A stretch of DNA of 64,000 nt from an uncultured delta proteobacterium (GTDB lineage Bacteria; Myxococcota; Myxococcia; Myxococcales; Myxococcaceae). Made by a program: the position numbers and the translations under genes. This document shows positions 47,817 through 57,355 of this stretch, in pieces. Position 1 is the stretch's first letter, and each line of letters starts with the position of its first letter. The notes below the pieces were generated by a model. The model did no database searches and was not told the DNA's origin. It worked only from the letters and a program-made list of their open reading frames with translations. Location of the stretch: assembly GCA_963771175.1 (NCBI GenBank), contig CAVYSY010000056.1, positions 32,001 through 96,000 on the forward strand. Reading direction: 5' to 3'.

Positions 47817-48563
47817 ATGCAGCTCAAGGACTTGAAGGTCATCGTCACGGGCGGAGCCCAGGGAATGGGCGCTCACTTCGCCACGCGCCTGCACGAGGCC
47901 GGCGCCCAGGTCGCCGTGGGAGACGTGAACGAGGAGCGGCTCGCCGAGCTGCCCGCGGGCATCCACCGCCGCCGCCTGGACGTGTCCAAGGAGGAGGAGG
48001 TCATCTCCTTCGTCCAGTGGGCCCACGAGTCCATGGGTGGCCTCAACGGCCTCATCAACAACGCGGGCATCCTCCGCGACTCGCTGCTGGTGAAGAAGGA
48101 CCGCACCACCGGTGAGGTGAAGAAGCTGTCCACCGCGGACTGGAACGCCGTCATCGGCGTCAACCTCACCGGCGCCACCTTCATGGTGCGCGAGGTGGTG
48201 GCGAAGATGGTGCAGACGGATCAGAAGCCCGGCGTCATCGTCAACATGAGCTCCATCGCCCGGCACGGAAACCGCGGGCAGAGCAACTACGTGTCCGCCA
48301 AGGCCGCGCTCGCCGCCAACACCTTCACCTGGGCGCGCGAGTTCGCCTCCTTCGGCATCCGCGTGGGCGCCGTCGCCCCGGGCATGGTGGAGACGCCGAT
48401 GACGCAGGGCATGAACCAGAAGGCCCGCGACGCGCTGGTGGCCAACATCCCCGTGGGCCGCATCGGCCTGCCCGAGGATCTGTGGCTGGCGGTGAAGTTC
48501 GTCCTCGAGTGCGACTACTTCAACGGCCGCACCATCGACGTGGACGGCGGCCTCACCATGTAG
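47817..48563 (+). CDS. SDR family oxidoreductase (FabG/PhaB-like)
   Basis: TGGAQGMG, NNAGILRD, NYVSAK (YxxxK), APG, VDGG. Confidence 0.9.
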   Translation: MQLKDLKVIVTGGAQGMGAHFATRLHEAGAQVAVGDVNEERLAELPAGIHRRRLDVSKEEEVISFVQWAHESMGGLNGLINNAGILRDSLLVKKDRTTGEVKKLSTADWNAVIGVNLTGATFMVREVVAKMVQTDQKPGVIVNMSSIARHGNRGQSNYVSAKAALAANTFTWAREFASFGIRVGAVAPGMVETPMTQGMNQKARDALVANIPVGRIGLPEDLWLAVKFVLECDYFNGRTIDVDGGLTM

Positions 48564-48935
48564 TCCCCGCGGACGTCGCCCACGCGACGTCTCGCACACT
48601 GGCGGACGGGCCGGCGGAAGGGGCAGTCAGACCCTTCTGGCCGGCTCGTGCGTTTCAGGGACATGAGGCCGTGCGCGACAGATGGAGCCGCTCCACCCAA
48701 CCGCAAGTACAACAAGCGTTCAGGGGGGTTGCCGCTCGCAAGTCAAGTGAGTAAATCATTTCCAGTAGGGAGTAGACGGGACGCTCGGCAGGTCGAGCAC
48801 GGCAGGCGAGGCGGCGCCCACCCAGGAGGCGCGACCCCGTAGGCCGAGGCAGCCGGGCGAACCACGGGAGTCAGGGACTCCCGACGACGAGGGGAACCTC
48901 GAGCCCCGCTCTGGTATCCAATCAGAGGGGCTGGC

Positions 48936-49334
48936 TCAGGTGTACATCTCGAGGCTCGCGGCGCGGCCGGCATCGAAGTGCGGCGAACGCTGGAGCTGCT
49001 CCAAGACCCGGGGCGTGCAGTAGAGCGTCACCAGGGGAGTGGAACCGGGCTCGCTCATGCCCTTCACCGCGCCCATCAGGTGGTGCGCCTGGAGGAAGTC
49101 GAGGAGCGAGTCACGAAACTGCCTGCTCTGCTCGCAGGCGTGCTTGTGGACGAGCGACCGGTCCCGCATCGGCGAGGGCTGCCAGGTCGCACCGGGTACC
49201 TCCCGGGGCATGACCATGACCTCGATCCACCCCGGCGAGCTCTCCACCCGAAGGCCCGGGAGGGGAGTGACGCCAGCGATCTTTGGAAAACGCCCGGATG
49301 CCCGGCGCTGCGAGGTGGCTGTCTTCCTGCTCAT
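48936..49334 (-). CDS. popD: PopD-like inhibitor of PopC
   Basis: Small gene directly downstream of popC; I9-inhibitor-like C-terminus (VTLYCTPRVLEQLQ); position matches M. xanthus popCD. Confidence 0.7.
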   Translation of the reverse strand: MSRKTATSQRRASGRFPKIAGVTPLPGLRVESSPGWIEVMVMPREVPGATWQPSPMRDRSLVHKHACEQSRQFRDSLLDFLQAHHLMGAVKGMSEPGSTPLVTLYCTPRVLEQLQRSPHFDAGRAASLEMYT

Positions 49335-49392
49335 CCCACTTCCTCCACCCAGGCCCGGCGCTCGCGATGGCGCCGGCCCTGGTAGCCGCCAT

Positions 49393-50797
49393 TCACTTGT
49401 AGACCGCAAGACCCCGTCCGCCACGATTGGCAGGCGTCTTGGGCAGCTTCAGCGCATTGTCCAGAATCAAATCCCTGACTTCGAGTAGCCGTCAAGTCCG
49501 GGGAACGGCAGCGATATAGCGCCGCGATTCCCGCGACGTAAGGGGCGGCCATGCTCGTTCCGCTCATTCGTTCATAGAACGCCTGGTTGTTACACCTTCG
49601 TTCTGTGCTCGAGTAGACGTTCACGCCGTAACCCATCAGGTCAGGAACAGATCGCTGATTCACCACGCCACTGGCGGAGAAATTGGCCACGCGACGCGCG
49701 AAGTCGACCGCCCCCACGGCCAGGGACTCAGGGAAGGCCGCTGGGTAGCCCGCCGTCCCGGCGCCCGCATTCCCGGCCGCCACCACCGGCAGCACGTTGG
49801 AGTCCACCAGCCGGCGCAGCAGCGTCTGCAGGGCCCGGATGTTCAGGCGGTACTCCATGTCGCTCACACCGGGAGGCGGCTGCACGGGGAACCCCAAGGA
49901 CATGTTCACCACCGCGGGGCGGGTGGCGTTCTCAGGACGTGAGAACTGGTGTAGCAGCCATTCCATACCGGCCGCCACTCGTCCCAGGCTGGTTCGTATG
50001 CTTTCGGACTCGATGACCGAGGCGACGTAGAGGTCCACCTCGGGAGCAACGCCGTGGTAGGTGCCGGCGGCGATGCCGGACACATGGGTGCCGTGCCCGT
50101 CCGGGTCGAAGCCGCGCACGTCTCGCGCCGGATTGTGCGGCGAGTTGGGGAAGAGCGAGACGTAGCGGAACTGGATGAGGCGGTTCTGGTGCTCGGGGTG
50201 GTCCGCGTCCACGCCGGTGTCGAGGATGCCGAGCATCACGCCGGCGCCGCGCACGCCCTGGGCATGGGCCGAGTGGACGCCGCACTCCTCGGGCCACTCG
50301 CGCCGCTGGAGCGAGGACAGGCCCTGGTTGCGCGGGCCGAGCTGCCCCGCGGACACCGGGCCCGGGAAGGTGAGCTGCACCACGTCCGGGATGAACTCGA
50401 AGTCGCGCCCGAGCTCCTCCTTGGCCACGCGCTCGGCTTCGTCCGAGGTGAAGTGGGCCATGGTGGCGCCGATGAGCGGCATGTGACGGTAGGTGCCCAC
50501 CTCCGAGGCGGTCGCCGGCTCCATCACCGGGCCCTCGGACGCGGCCACCTGGAGCTCGTTCTTGCGGCCCCGGCCCTTCTTCTTCTTCGCGGGCGAGGCG
50601 CTCACCTGGGGCAGACGCCCGGGCAGCGTGGCGGAGCGCATCCCGAGGCTCCGCAGCATGTCCGGGGCCCGTCCGCTGATCATGAACTGAAGGGCGGTGG
50701 TGCGCTGCAGCACGCGCTCTCCCTGCTCCGTGCCCCGCACGCCCGGATGAGCGTGGGTCTCGATCGACTCCTTCGGAACCAGGAGATAGGACTTCAT
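49393..50797 (-). CDS. popC: Subtilisin-like serine protease PopC; +1 indel near 49487 hides the true stop at 49393
   Basis: No signal peptide, N-terminal MKSYLLVPKESIET prosegment, ILDTGVD, HGTHVSG, AAGN, SGTSMAAP; corrected C-terminus ..GRGLAVYK*. Confidence 0.85.
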
Positions 50798-51286
50798 GGT
50801 GGGTTCGCTCCTTTACAGAATACTGCCTTCACTGACAGCGCGCGCAAATCCTCGGGTGGGCGCGGGTACGCCCAGGCGGAGCAGGGAGTGGGACACCGTC
50901 ATCCGTTCATCCCCCCGGCACACAGTGTGACTAGAGCGCGTCCCCCTGACACGGCCCCTCCCGTTTCTCCGCTCTGGACACCTCGAGCGCCCATGCAGGT
51001 TCCAGTGGTTGACTCTCTGAACGCACGAAACCTGAAAGCATTCATGGGTAGGGATCGTAGTACAAACCGTGACAGGTCACGAAATAGCGGGCCAGACGCG
51101 CTCGGGCCCGAGAAACCGGCCTCCGCACCGAGGCAGTGAGAAGCGTCGAGCCCCCGGGTGGGAGGCCAGCCCGCCCGCCCGCTCCCCTGTCGCCCCTGGG
51201 GAAGTCGCGCCCCGCCTCCGATTGTTCGCCCCGGTGGCGGCAGCGGCGGACTATGACAGCATGCCGTCCGCCCGCCGGAGAGACTC

Positions 51287-52093
51287 GTGATTCCCTACCT
51301 GCACGTCCCGTCCATCCATCTCGGCCCCCTCACCATCGAGCCCTTCGGCATCTTCGTGGCACTGGGCATCCTCTTCGCCGCCCGGCTCCTCACCCGGCAG
51401 GCCGAGCGCGAGGGGCTCGATGCGACCGCGCTCCAGGACTATGCCCCCTGGGGCGTCGGTGTGGGCGTCGTCGTCGGCCACCTCTTCCACCTCTTCGCCT
51501 ACCACCCCGAGGAGCTCTCCAAGAGCCCCTTCCAGATATTCAAGGTGTGGGACGGGCTCTCCTCCTTCGGCGGGCTCATTGGCGGCATCCTCGCCGCCGT
51601 CTTCTTCTTCCGGGCTCGCAAGCTGCGCTTCCGCGACTACGCCGACGCCTTCGCCCTCGCCGTGGCCCCCGGCTGGGCCGTCGCCCGACTCGGCTGCTTC
51701 GCCGTCCACGACCACCCCGGCCTGCACACCGACTTCTTCCTCGCCGTGAACTTCCCCGGCGGGCCCCGCCACGACCTCGGCATGTATGACGCCGCCTTCC
51801 TCTTCGCCGTCTCCGGCGTCCTCTGGGCCCTCAACCGCTCCGGCAAGCTGCGCGGCAAGCTGCTCCCGCTGCTCTCCCTCCTCTACGCCTTCGGCCGCTT
51901 CGGCTTCGACTTCCTGCGCGCCACCGACCTCTCCTATGTCGATGCGCGCTACTTCGGCCTGACGCCCGCTCAGTATGGGTGCTTCGGCCTCGTCGCCTTC
52001 GGCATCTACGGCCTGCTCAAGTGGCAGGCTCCCGCCCAGAAGGCCTCCCCCACCGTGGGCCCCGGTGGGTCCATGCAGGCACCCGCCCGCTAG
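51287..52093 (+). CDS. lgt: Prolipoprotein diacylglyceryl transferase family protein
   Basis: FGIFVALG, VWDGLSSFGG, ARLGC, RHDLGMY, RFGFDFLR. Confidence 0.8.
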   Translation: MIPYLHVPSIHLGPLTIEPFGIFVALGILFAARLLTRQAEREGLDATALQDYAPWGVGVGVVVGHLFHLFAYHPEELSKSPFQIFKVWDGLSSFGGLIGGILAAVFFFRARKLRFRDYADAFALAVAPGWAVARLGCFAVHDHPGLHTDFFLAVNFPGGPRHDLGMYDAAFLFAVSGVLWALNRSGKLRGKLLPLLSLLYAFGRFGFDFLRATDLSYVDARYFGLTPAQYGCFGLVAFGIYGLLKWQAPAQKASPTVGPGGSMQAPAR

Positions 52094-52108
52094 TCACGGG
52101 AGAGAGAC

Positions 52109-52693
52109 ATGCAGAGCGCCAAGGCAGTGCTCTACGACGCCTTCATGGCGCCCCTCGGGTGGCTCGGCCTCAACCGCGCCCGACGCCGGCTCGTCGAGGG
52201 GCTCTCCGGTCGCGTCCTCGAGGTGGGCACCGGCACCGGGCTGCTCCTCCCCGCCTACCCGCCCACCGTCTCCGAGGTCGTCGCCATCGACATCGACCCC
52301 GAGATGCTCGCCCGCGGCGCGAGCCGTGGCCGCCCTGGCGTCTCCCTGCAGCAGGCCGATGTCCAGCAGCTCCCCTTCCCCGACGCCTCCTTCGACGTCG
52401 TCGTCGCCTGTCTCGTGTTCTGCAGCGTCAAGGACCCCGTCCGGGGGCTCGCCGAGCTCCGCCGCGTCCTCCGCCCCGGCGGCCAGCTCCGCATGCTCGA
52501 GCACGTCCGCGCTCCGCACTCCGGCCTCGCCCACCTCCAGGACCGCCTCAACCCCGCCTGGAGCCGCCTCTCCGGTGGGTGTCAGCTCAATCGCGACACC
52601 GTCCCCCTCGTCGAGGCCGCGGGCTTCCGCCTCACCCAGCGCTCCCAGCTGCTGCGTGAGGTCGTCGAGGAGCTCGTCGCCGTTCCCGTGTGA
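52109..52693 (+). CDS. Class I SAM-dependent methyltransferase
   Basis: VLEVGTGTG, LPFPDASFD, RVLRPGG, GGCQLNRD. Confidence 0.88.
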   Translation: MQSAKAVLYDAFMAPLGWLGLNRARRRLVEGLSGRVLEVGTGTGLLLPAYPPTVSEVVAIDIDPEMLARGASRGRPGVSLQQADVQQLPFPDASFDVVVACLVFCSVKDPVRGLAELRRVLRPGGQLRMLEHVRAPHSGLAHLQDRLNPAWSRLSGGCQLNRDTVPLVEAAGFRLTQRSQLLREVVEELVAVPV

Positions 52694-52699
52694 GGCGTC

Positions 52700-53356
52700 T
52701 CAGAGGAGTCGCCTGCCGAGCAGGTCGAACGCCTCGATGGGGATGGCATGGACCGGGCTCCGCTCGTACTCGCTGGAGAGCAGGGTGAAGCAGAGGATGT
52801 CCCCGCGCGTGTGGTGCGGCGCCAATTGCCGGTCCCGCAGGCGTCCCTCCAGAGTGAAGCCCATCCGCCGCGCCACCGCCGCGCTCGCCGCGTTGTCGGG
52901 GTCGCACGTCAGGTCCACCCGCGTCACCTTGTCGAGCTCGAAGGCGGTCCGGATGACGGCCGACGCCATCTCCGTGGCCAATCCCTTTCCGACCGCATCG
53001 CGCCGCAGCCAGTAGCCCACCTCGCGAGCCCCGATGCCCGCACGGGTATACAGCCCCACCTCGCCCAGGAAGCGCCCGGTCTCGGGGTCCACCACCGCGT
53101 AGGTGCGGTCCTGGTCCAGGTCGAAGTTGCCCCGCATCTTGCGGAGCTGCGCCAGGTGGACCTCCAGCGGGGGCGGCCCGTCGGGCTGGAGTGGGAAGAA
53201 TTCGCGCAGATGCTCTCCGCTCGACTCCACCGCCTCCAGGCGGGGCCCGATGTCGGAGGGCTCATGGCCGCGCAGGAGCAGCCGCGGGGTGCGCACCCGG
53301 TAGGCGGGCCCGGAGGGCGCCCCCGGAGACGGAGGGACTGTAGGGGTGTCGCGCAT
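52700..53356 (-). CDS. GNAT N-acetyltransferase (RimJ/RimL family)
   Basis: TPRLLLR, EVGYWL..GKGLATE, NAASAAVARRMGF. Confidence 0.88.
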   Translation of the reverse strand: MRDTPTVPPSPGAPSGPAYRVRTPRLLLRGHEPSDIGPRLEAVESSGEHLREFFPLQPDGPPPLEVHLAQLRKMRGNFDLDQDRTYAVVDPETGRFLGEVGLYTRAGIGAREVGYWLRRDAVGKGLATEMASAVIRTAFELDKVTRVDLTCDPDNAASAAVARRMGFTLEGRLRDRQLAPHHTRGDILCFTLLSSEYERSPVHAIPIEAFDLLGRRLL

Positions 53357-53419
53357 GGTGGCGTTCTACCCCGGCCAGCCCCGCGGCGGGTGTCAGAGGG
53401 GTTTGCTAGGGGGATTCTC

Positions 53420-54340
53420 ATGAAAGCTCACCTCTACCTGTTGCTCGCCGCCACCGCGCTCGGCGCCCCTGACGCTCCCGCCGAGGCGCGCTCCGCATCC
53501 ATGGACACATCCAATTCCGAGGCCGGCTCCGCCGCCTTCCGCGAGGGCACCGTCCAGCTCCGCACCGGCGTCCAGCTCCACTACGTCGAGCAGGGCCGTC
53601 AGGACGGTCAGGTGCTCGTCCTCCTCCACGGCTACACCGACTCGTACCTCTCCTTCGACCGCGTCCTCCCCATCCTCCCCAGGAGCTTCCACGTCTACGC
53701 GCTCGACCAGCGTGGCCACGGGGATTCGTCCCGTCCCGAGTGCTGCTACTCGCAGTCCGACTTCGCCGCCGATGTCGTCGCCTTCCTCGATGCCCAGGGC
53801 CTCCAGCGCGCCGTCCTCGTCGGCCACTCCATGGGCAGCTTCATCGCCCAGCAGGTCGCCCTCGAGTACCCCGAGCGCGTCGAGGCCCTCGTCCTCATCG
53901 GTTCGGCCCCCACCGTCCACGGCAACCCCGTCGCCGCCGACCTGAAGTCCTACGTCGATACCCTCTCCGACCCCATCGACCCCGCCTTCGTCCGCGACTT
54001 CCAGGCCAGCACCTTCTACCGCCCCATTCCTCCCTCCTTCCTCGACACCGCCGTCTCCGAGTCCCTCAAGGTCCCCGCCCGCGTCTGGCAGGCCGCCCTC
54101 GATGGACTCATCGCCGAGGACCACGCCGCCCGTCTGGGGGAGATTTCCGCGCCCACGCTCGTCGTCGGCGGGGACCAGGATGGGTTCTTCCCCGTCGCCG
54201 ACCAGCAGGCGCTCGCCCAGGCCCTGCCCCGCGCGTCCTTCGCCCTCTACACGGACACCGGGCACGCCCCCCACGTCGAGCAGCCCCACCGCTTCGTCCA
54301 TGACGTGAAGACGTTCCTGCGGGCACTGCGCTCGGAGTGA
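53420..54340 (+). CDS. Secreted alpha/beta hydrolase
   Basis: Signal peptide, LLHGYTD, DQRGHG, GHSMG, GDQD, GHAPH. Confidence 0.88.
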   Translation: MKAHLYLLLAATALGAPDAPAEARSASMDTSNSEAGSAAFREGTVQLRTGVQLHYVEQGRQDGQVLVLLHGYTDSYLSFDRVLPILPRSFHVYALDQRGHGDSSRPECCYSQSDFAADVVAFLDAQGLQRAVLVGHSMGSFIAQQVALEYPERVEALVLIGSAPTVHGNPVAADLKSYVDTLSDPIDPAFVRDFQASTFYRPIPPSFLDTAVSESLKVPARVWQAALDGLIAEDHAARLGEISAPTLVVGGDQDGFFPVADQQALAQALPRASFALYTDTGHAPHVEQPHRFVHDVKTFLRALRSE

Positions 54341-54488
54341 GCCGTCCAGCGGACCCGCCTGCAACCTCCCAGGCAGGACGACGGGAAGGTCCATTGTCCG
54401 GACCCGGACGCTCGTACCCTTTCTCGGACCCATGGCCGACGTGGACTTCATGTCCACTCTCTCGCCCCAGGTTCGAGAAGGAGGAGGC

Positions 54489-57216
54489 ATGGAGCGAGCA
54501 ACACAATGCCGGCAGGTGGTCTGGGCGCTCTGTGCGTTGGTGCTCGGCCTGGGGGCGACGGCGCGAGCGCAATCCACGGAGCCCTCGGTGGTGGGCCGGT
54601 GGAGCCCACTGCAGAGCTGGCCGGTTCCGGCGGTGCATGCCCACCTGTTACCCACCGGGAAGGTGCTGTTCGCCTCGGAGTTCGAGCTGGGAGACGATGC
54701 CCCTCATCTCTGGGATCCCGTGGCGGACCAGCTCCAGCAACTCCCGCCCCCTGGCTACAACATCTTCTGCGGAGGCCACTCCTTCCTGGCCGATGGGCGA
54801 CTGCTGATCGCCGGAGGTCACCTCGACAACGATCGCGGCCTGCCGGACGCCATCATCTTCGATCCCTTCACCCAGCGATGGACGCGACTGCCCGATATGG
54901 CACGCGGCCGCTGGTATCCGACCAACACCACCCTGCCCAATGGGGAGGTGCTGGTCGTGGCTGGAGCCAACCAGGACCAGGTCATGAACCCCATCCCGGA
55001 GATCTGGTCCCCGGAGACAGGCTCCTGGCGCAGGCTCACGGGGGCCTCGCTCTCGCTGGACTACTACCCGTGGATGTTCGTCGTGCCGGATGGGCGGGTC
55101 TTCATGGCCGGCCCAGCAGCACAGACCCGCTGGTTGGACCCGAGCGGCTCCGGTGCCTGGACCACCGGTCCTCGGACCCGTCATGGGGGCAAGCGCAGTT
55201 ACGGCTCGGCGGTGCTGTACGACGTGGGGAAGATCTTCATCGTCGGCGGGAATGATCCCTCCACCAACAGCGCCGAGGTGATCGACCTCAATCAGCCTTC
55301 ACCCTCGTGGCGCATGGTCCCGCCCATGAGCTTCGTCCGCCGCCAACACAACGCCACCCTCCTGCCCGATGGGTCGGTGCTGGTGACGGGCGGGCACAGC
55401 GGCCAGGGGCTCGACGACTCCAGCCAGCCGCGACGGGAGACAGAGCTGTGGGACCCACGCACCGAGACCTGGACCCGGCTCGCGCCCATGAACGCGTATC
55501 GCGGATACCACAGCGTGGCGGTGCTGCTGCCGGATGGGCGGGTCCTCTCCGCGGGGGGACGGAGGGTGAACACGATGCAGGTCTTCTCTCCCCCCTACCT
55601 GTTCAAGGGCGAGCGCCCCGTCATCCTCAATACCCCGGACACCCTGAGCCATGGACAGGCCTTCACGGTCTTCACGCCCCAGGCGGCCTCCATCGCCCAG
55701 GTGACGTTGATCCGGCTCGCCTCGGTCACGCACGCCTTCGACGAGAACCAGCGCTTCCTCCGAATGGACTTCCGCGAGGAAGCCGGGAACCTCATCGTCA
55801 CCGCGCCCGCCAATTCCCGACCTGGCGCCCCCGGGCCACTACATGATGTTCCTCGTGGACGGCAGGGGCGTTCCTTCCGTCGCGAAGATCGTCCGGCTCG
55901 GAGGCTCCACCGCGCCTCCTCCCCCTCCGCCTCCGCCCGCCACCCAGGTGGCGATCGGCTTCGGCTCCACCTGGAAGTACGACGACCAGAACGTGGACCC
56001 CGGCACCGCCTGGACGTCGCCCGTCTTCGACGACTCGGGCTGGCCCAGCGGGGCCGCGCAGCTCGGGTACGGGGACCAGGACGAGCAGACGGTGCTGCGA
56101 AAGACCACTCCGGTCCAGCCCAGCGTCTACTTCCGCAAGAAGATCCGCGTGGACGGGACGGTGGAGGCCGCCAGCCTCAAGGTGCTCTTCGACGATGGCA
56201 TCGCGGTCTGGGTCAACGGCACCCTGGTGTTCTCGCGCAACATCACCAACACCGAGCACGCCGCCTTCGCCACCGGGGGCTCCGGCGACAACGGGCGGGC
56301 CGAGGCCAGCATCCCGCCCACCGCCTTCGTGCATGGCGACAACACGATCGCGGTGATGGTGAAGCAGAACAGCCCGACCTCGAGCGACCTGTCGTTCGAT
56401 CTCGAGCTGTCGCTGAGCGTCTCCGGCGACAGACCCCACCTCGCGTCGCTGATGCTGGAGCGGCCCAACGGTGGCGAGCGCTTCCACGTGGGAGCCACGG
56501 AGCCCATCCGATGGATCAACCACGGAGACACGCGCGGGACGATCGACCTGGATTACTCGACCGATGGAGGGAGCACCTGGAAGTCCATCGCCCGGGGCGT
56601 GGTCGATACCGGGAGCTTCGATTGGCTCGTTCCGGCCGAGAACACCGAGCGCGCGCTCGTGCGCATCTTCCCGTCGGGCATACCCGAGGCGGCCGATACG
56701 AGCGAGGCGCCGTTCTCCCTCTCCACCTCGGCCACCTTCGTCGCCATTCCCTTCGGGGAAGTCTGGCGCTTCAATGATCGCAACGTGGACCCGGGGCCTT
56801 CCTGGACGGGTGCGTCGTTCGACGACTCCTCCTGGCGCCACGGCGCGGGGCAGCTCGGCTACGGGGACTCGGACGAGAACACCGTGCTCACTCCCACCTC
56901 GCCCGTCCAGCCCAGCATCTACTTCCGCAAGAAGTTCTCCCTCCCCAACAAACCGTCCGCGGCCCGGATCAAGGTGCTCTTCGACGATGGCTTCGTGCTC
57001 TGGGTGAACGGGAAGCGTGTCGCCTCGCGCAACGTGGAGAACATCGCGCATACGGCCTTTGCCACGGGCAGCGCGGAGAACACGGTGGCCGAAGCGGACA
57101 TCGATGCCTCCGCGCTCATGGCCGGCGAGAACACCCTGGCGGTGATGGTCAAACAGCGAGGGCCCACGTCGAGTGACGTCTCCTTCGACCTCGAGCTGCG
57201 CGTCACCAGCCCCTAG
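54489..57216 (+). CDS. Copper radical oxidase (galactose oxidase/AA5-like: Kelch + DUF1929 + two jelly-roll sugar-binding-like domains), copy 1; frameshift ~55821
   Basis: IFCGGH, RWYPT, RGYHS, VTHAF, PGHYMMF; poly-Pro linker; two DDG..VWVNG domains. Confidence 0.88.
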
Positions 57217-57355
57217 CAAACGGCCAGAGGTGCGCTGACGCCCAGAGAGTGCGGCGCCTGTCCGGACCCGGACGCTCGTGCCCTTTCTCGGACCCATGGC
57301 CGGCGTGGACTTCATGTCCACCCTCTCGCCCCAGAGTCGAGAAGGAGGAGAAGGC

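Noticed and set aside
48765..48830. yybP-ykoY riboswitch (gggagtag start; similar start near 7400 on the minus strand)
   Set aside because: Remaining consensus elements are absent and there is no suitable downstream transporter
52748..53419. N-terminal extension on the alpha/beta hydrolase
   Set aside because: Antisense to the GNAT gene; the signal peptide begins at 53420
51287..54340. Strong C-rich versus G-rich sectors (also 19000-22000 and 33900-35000)
   Set aside because: Explained by local third-codon C/G preference within ordinary genes; no separate element evident
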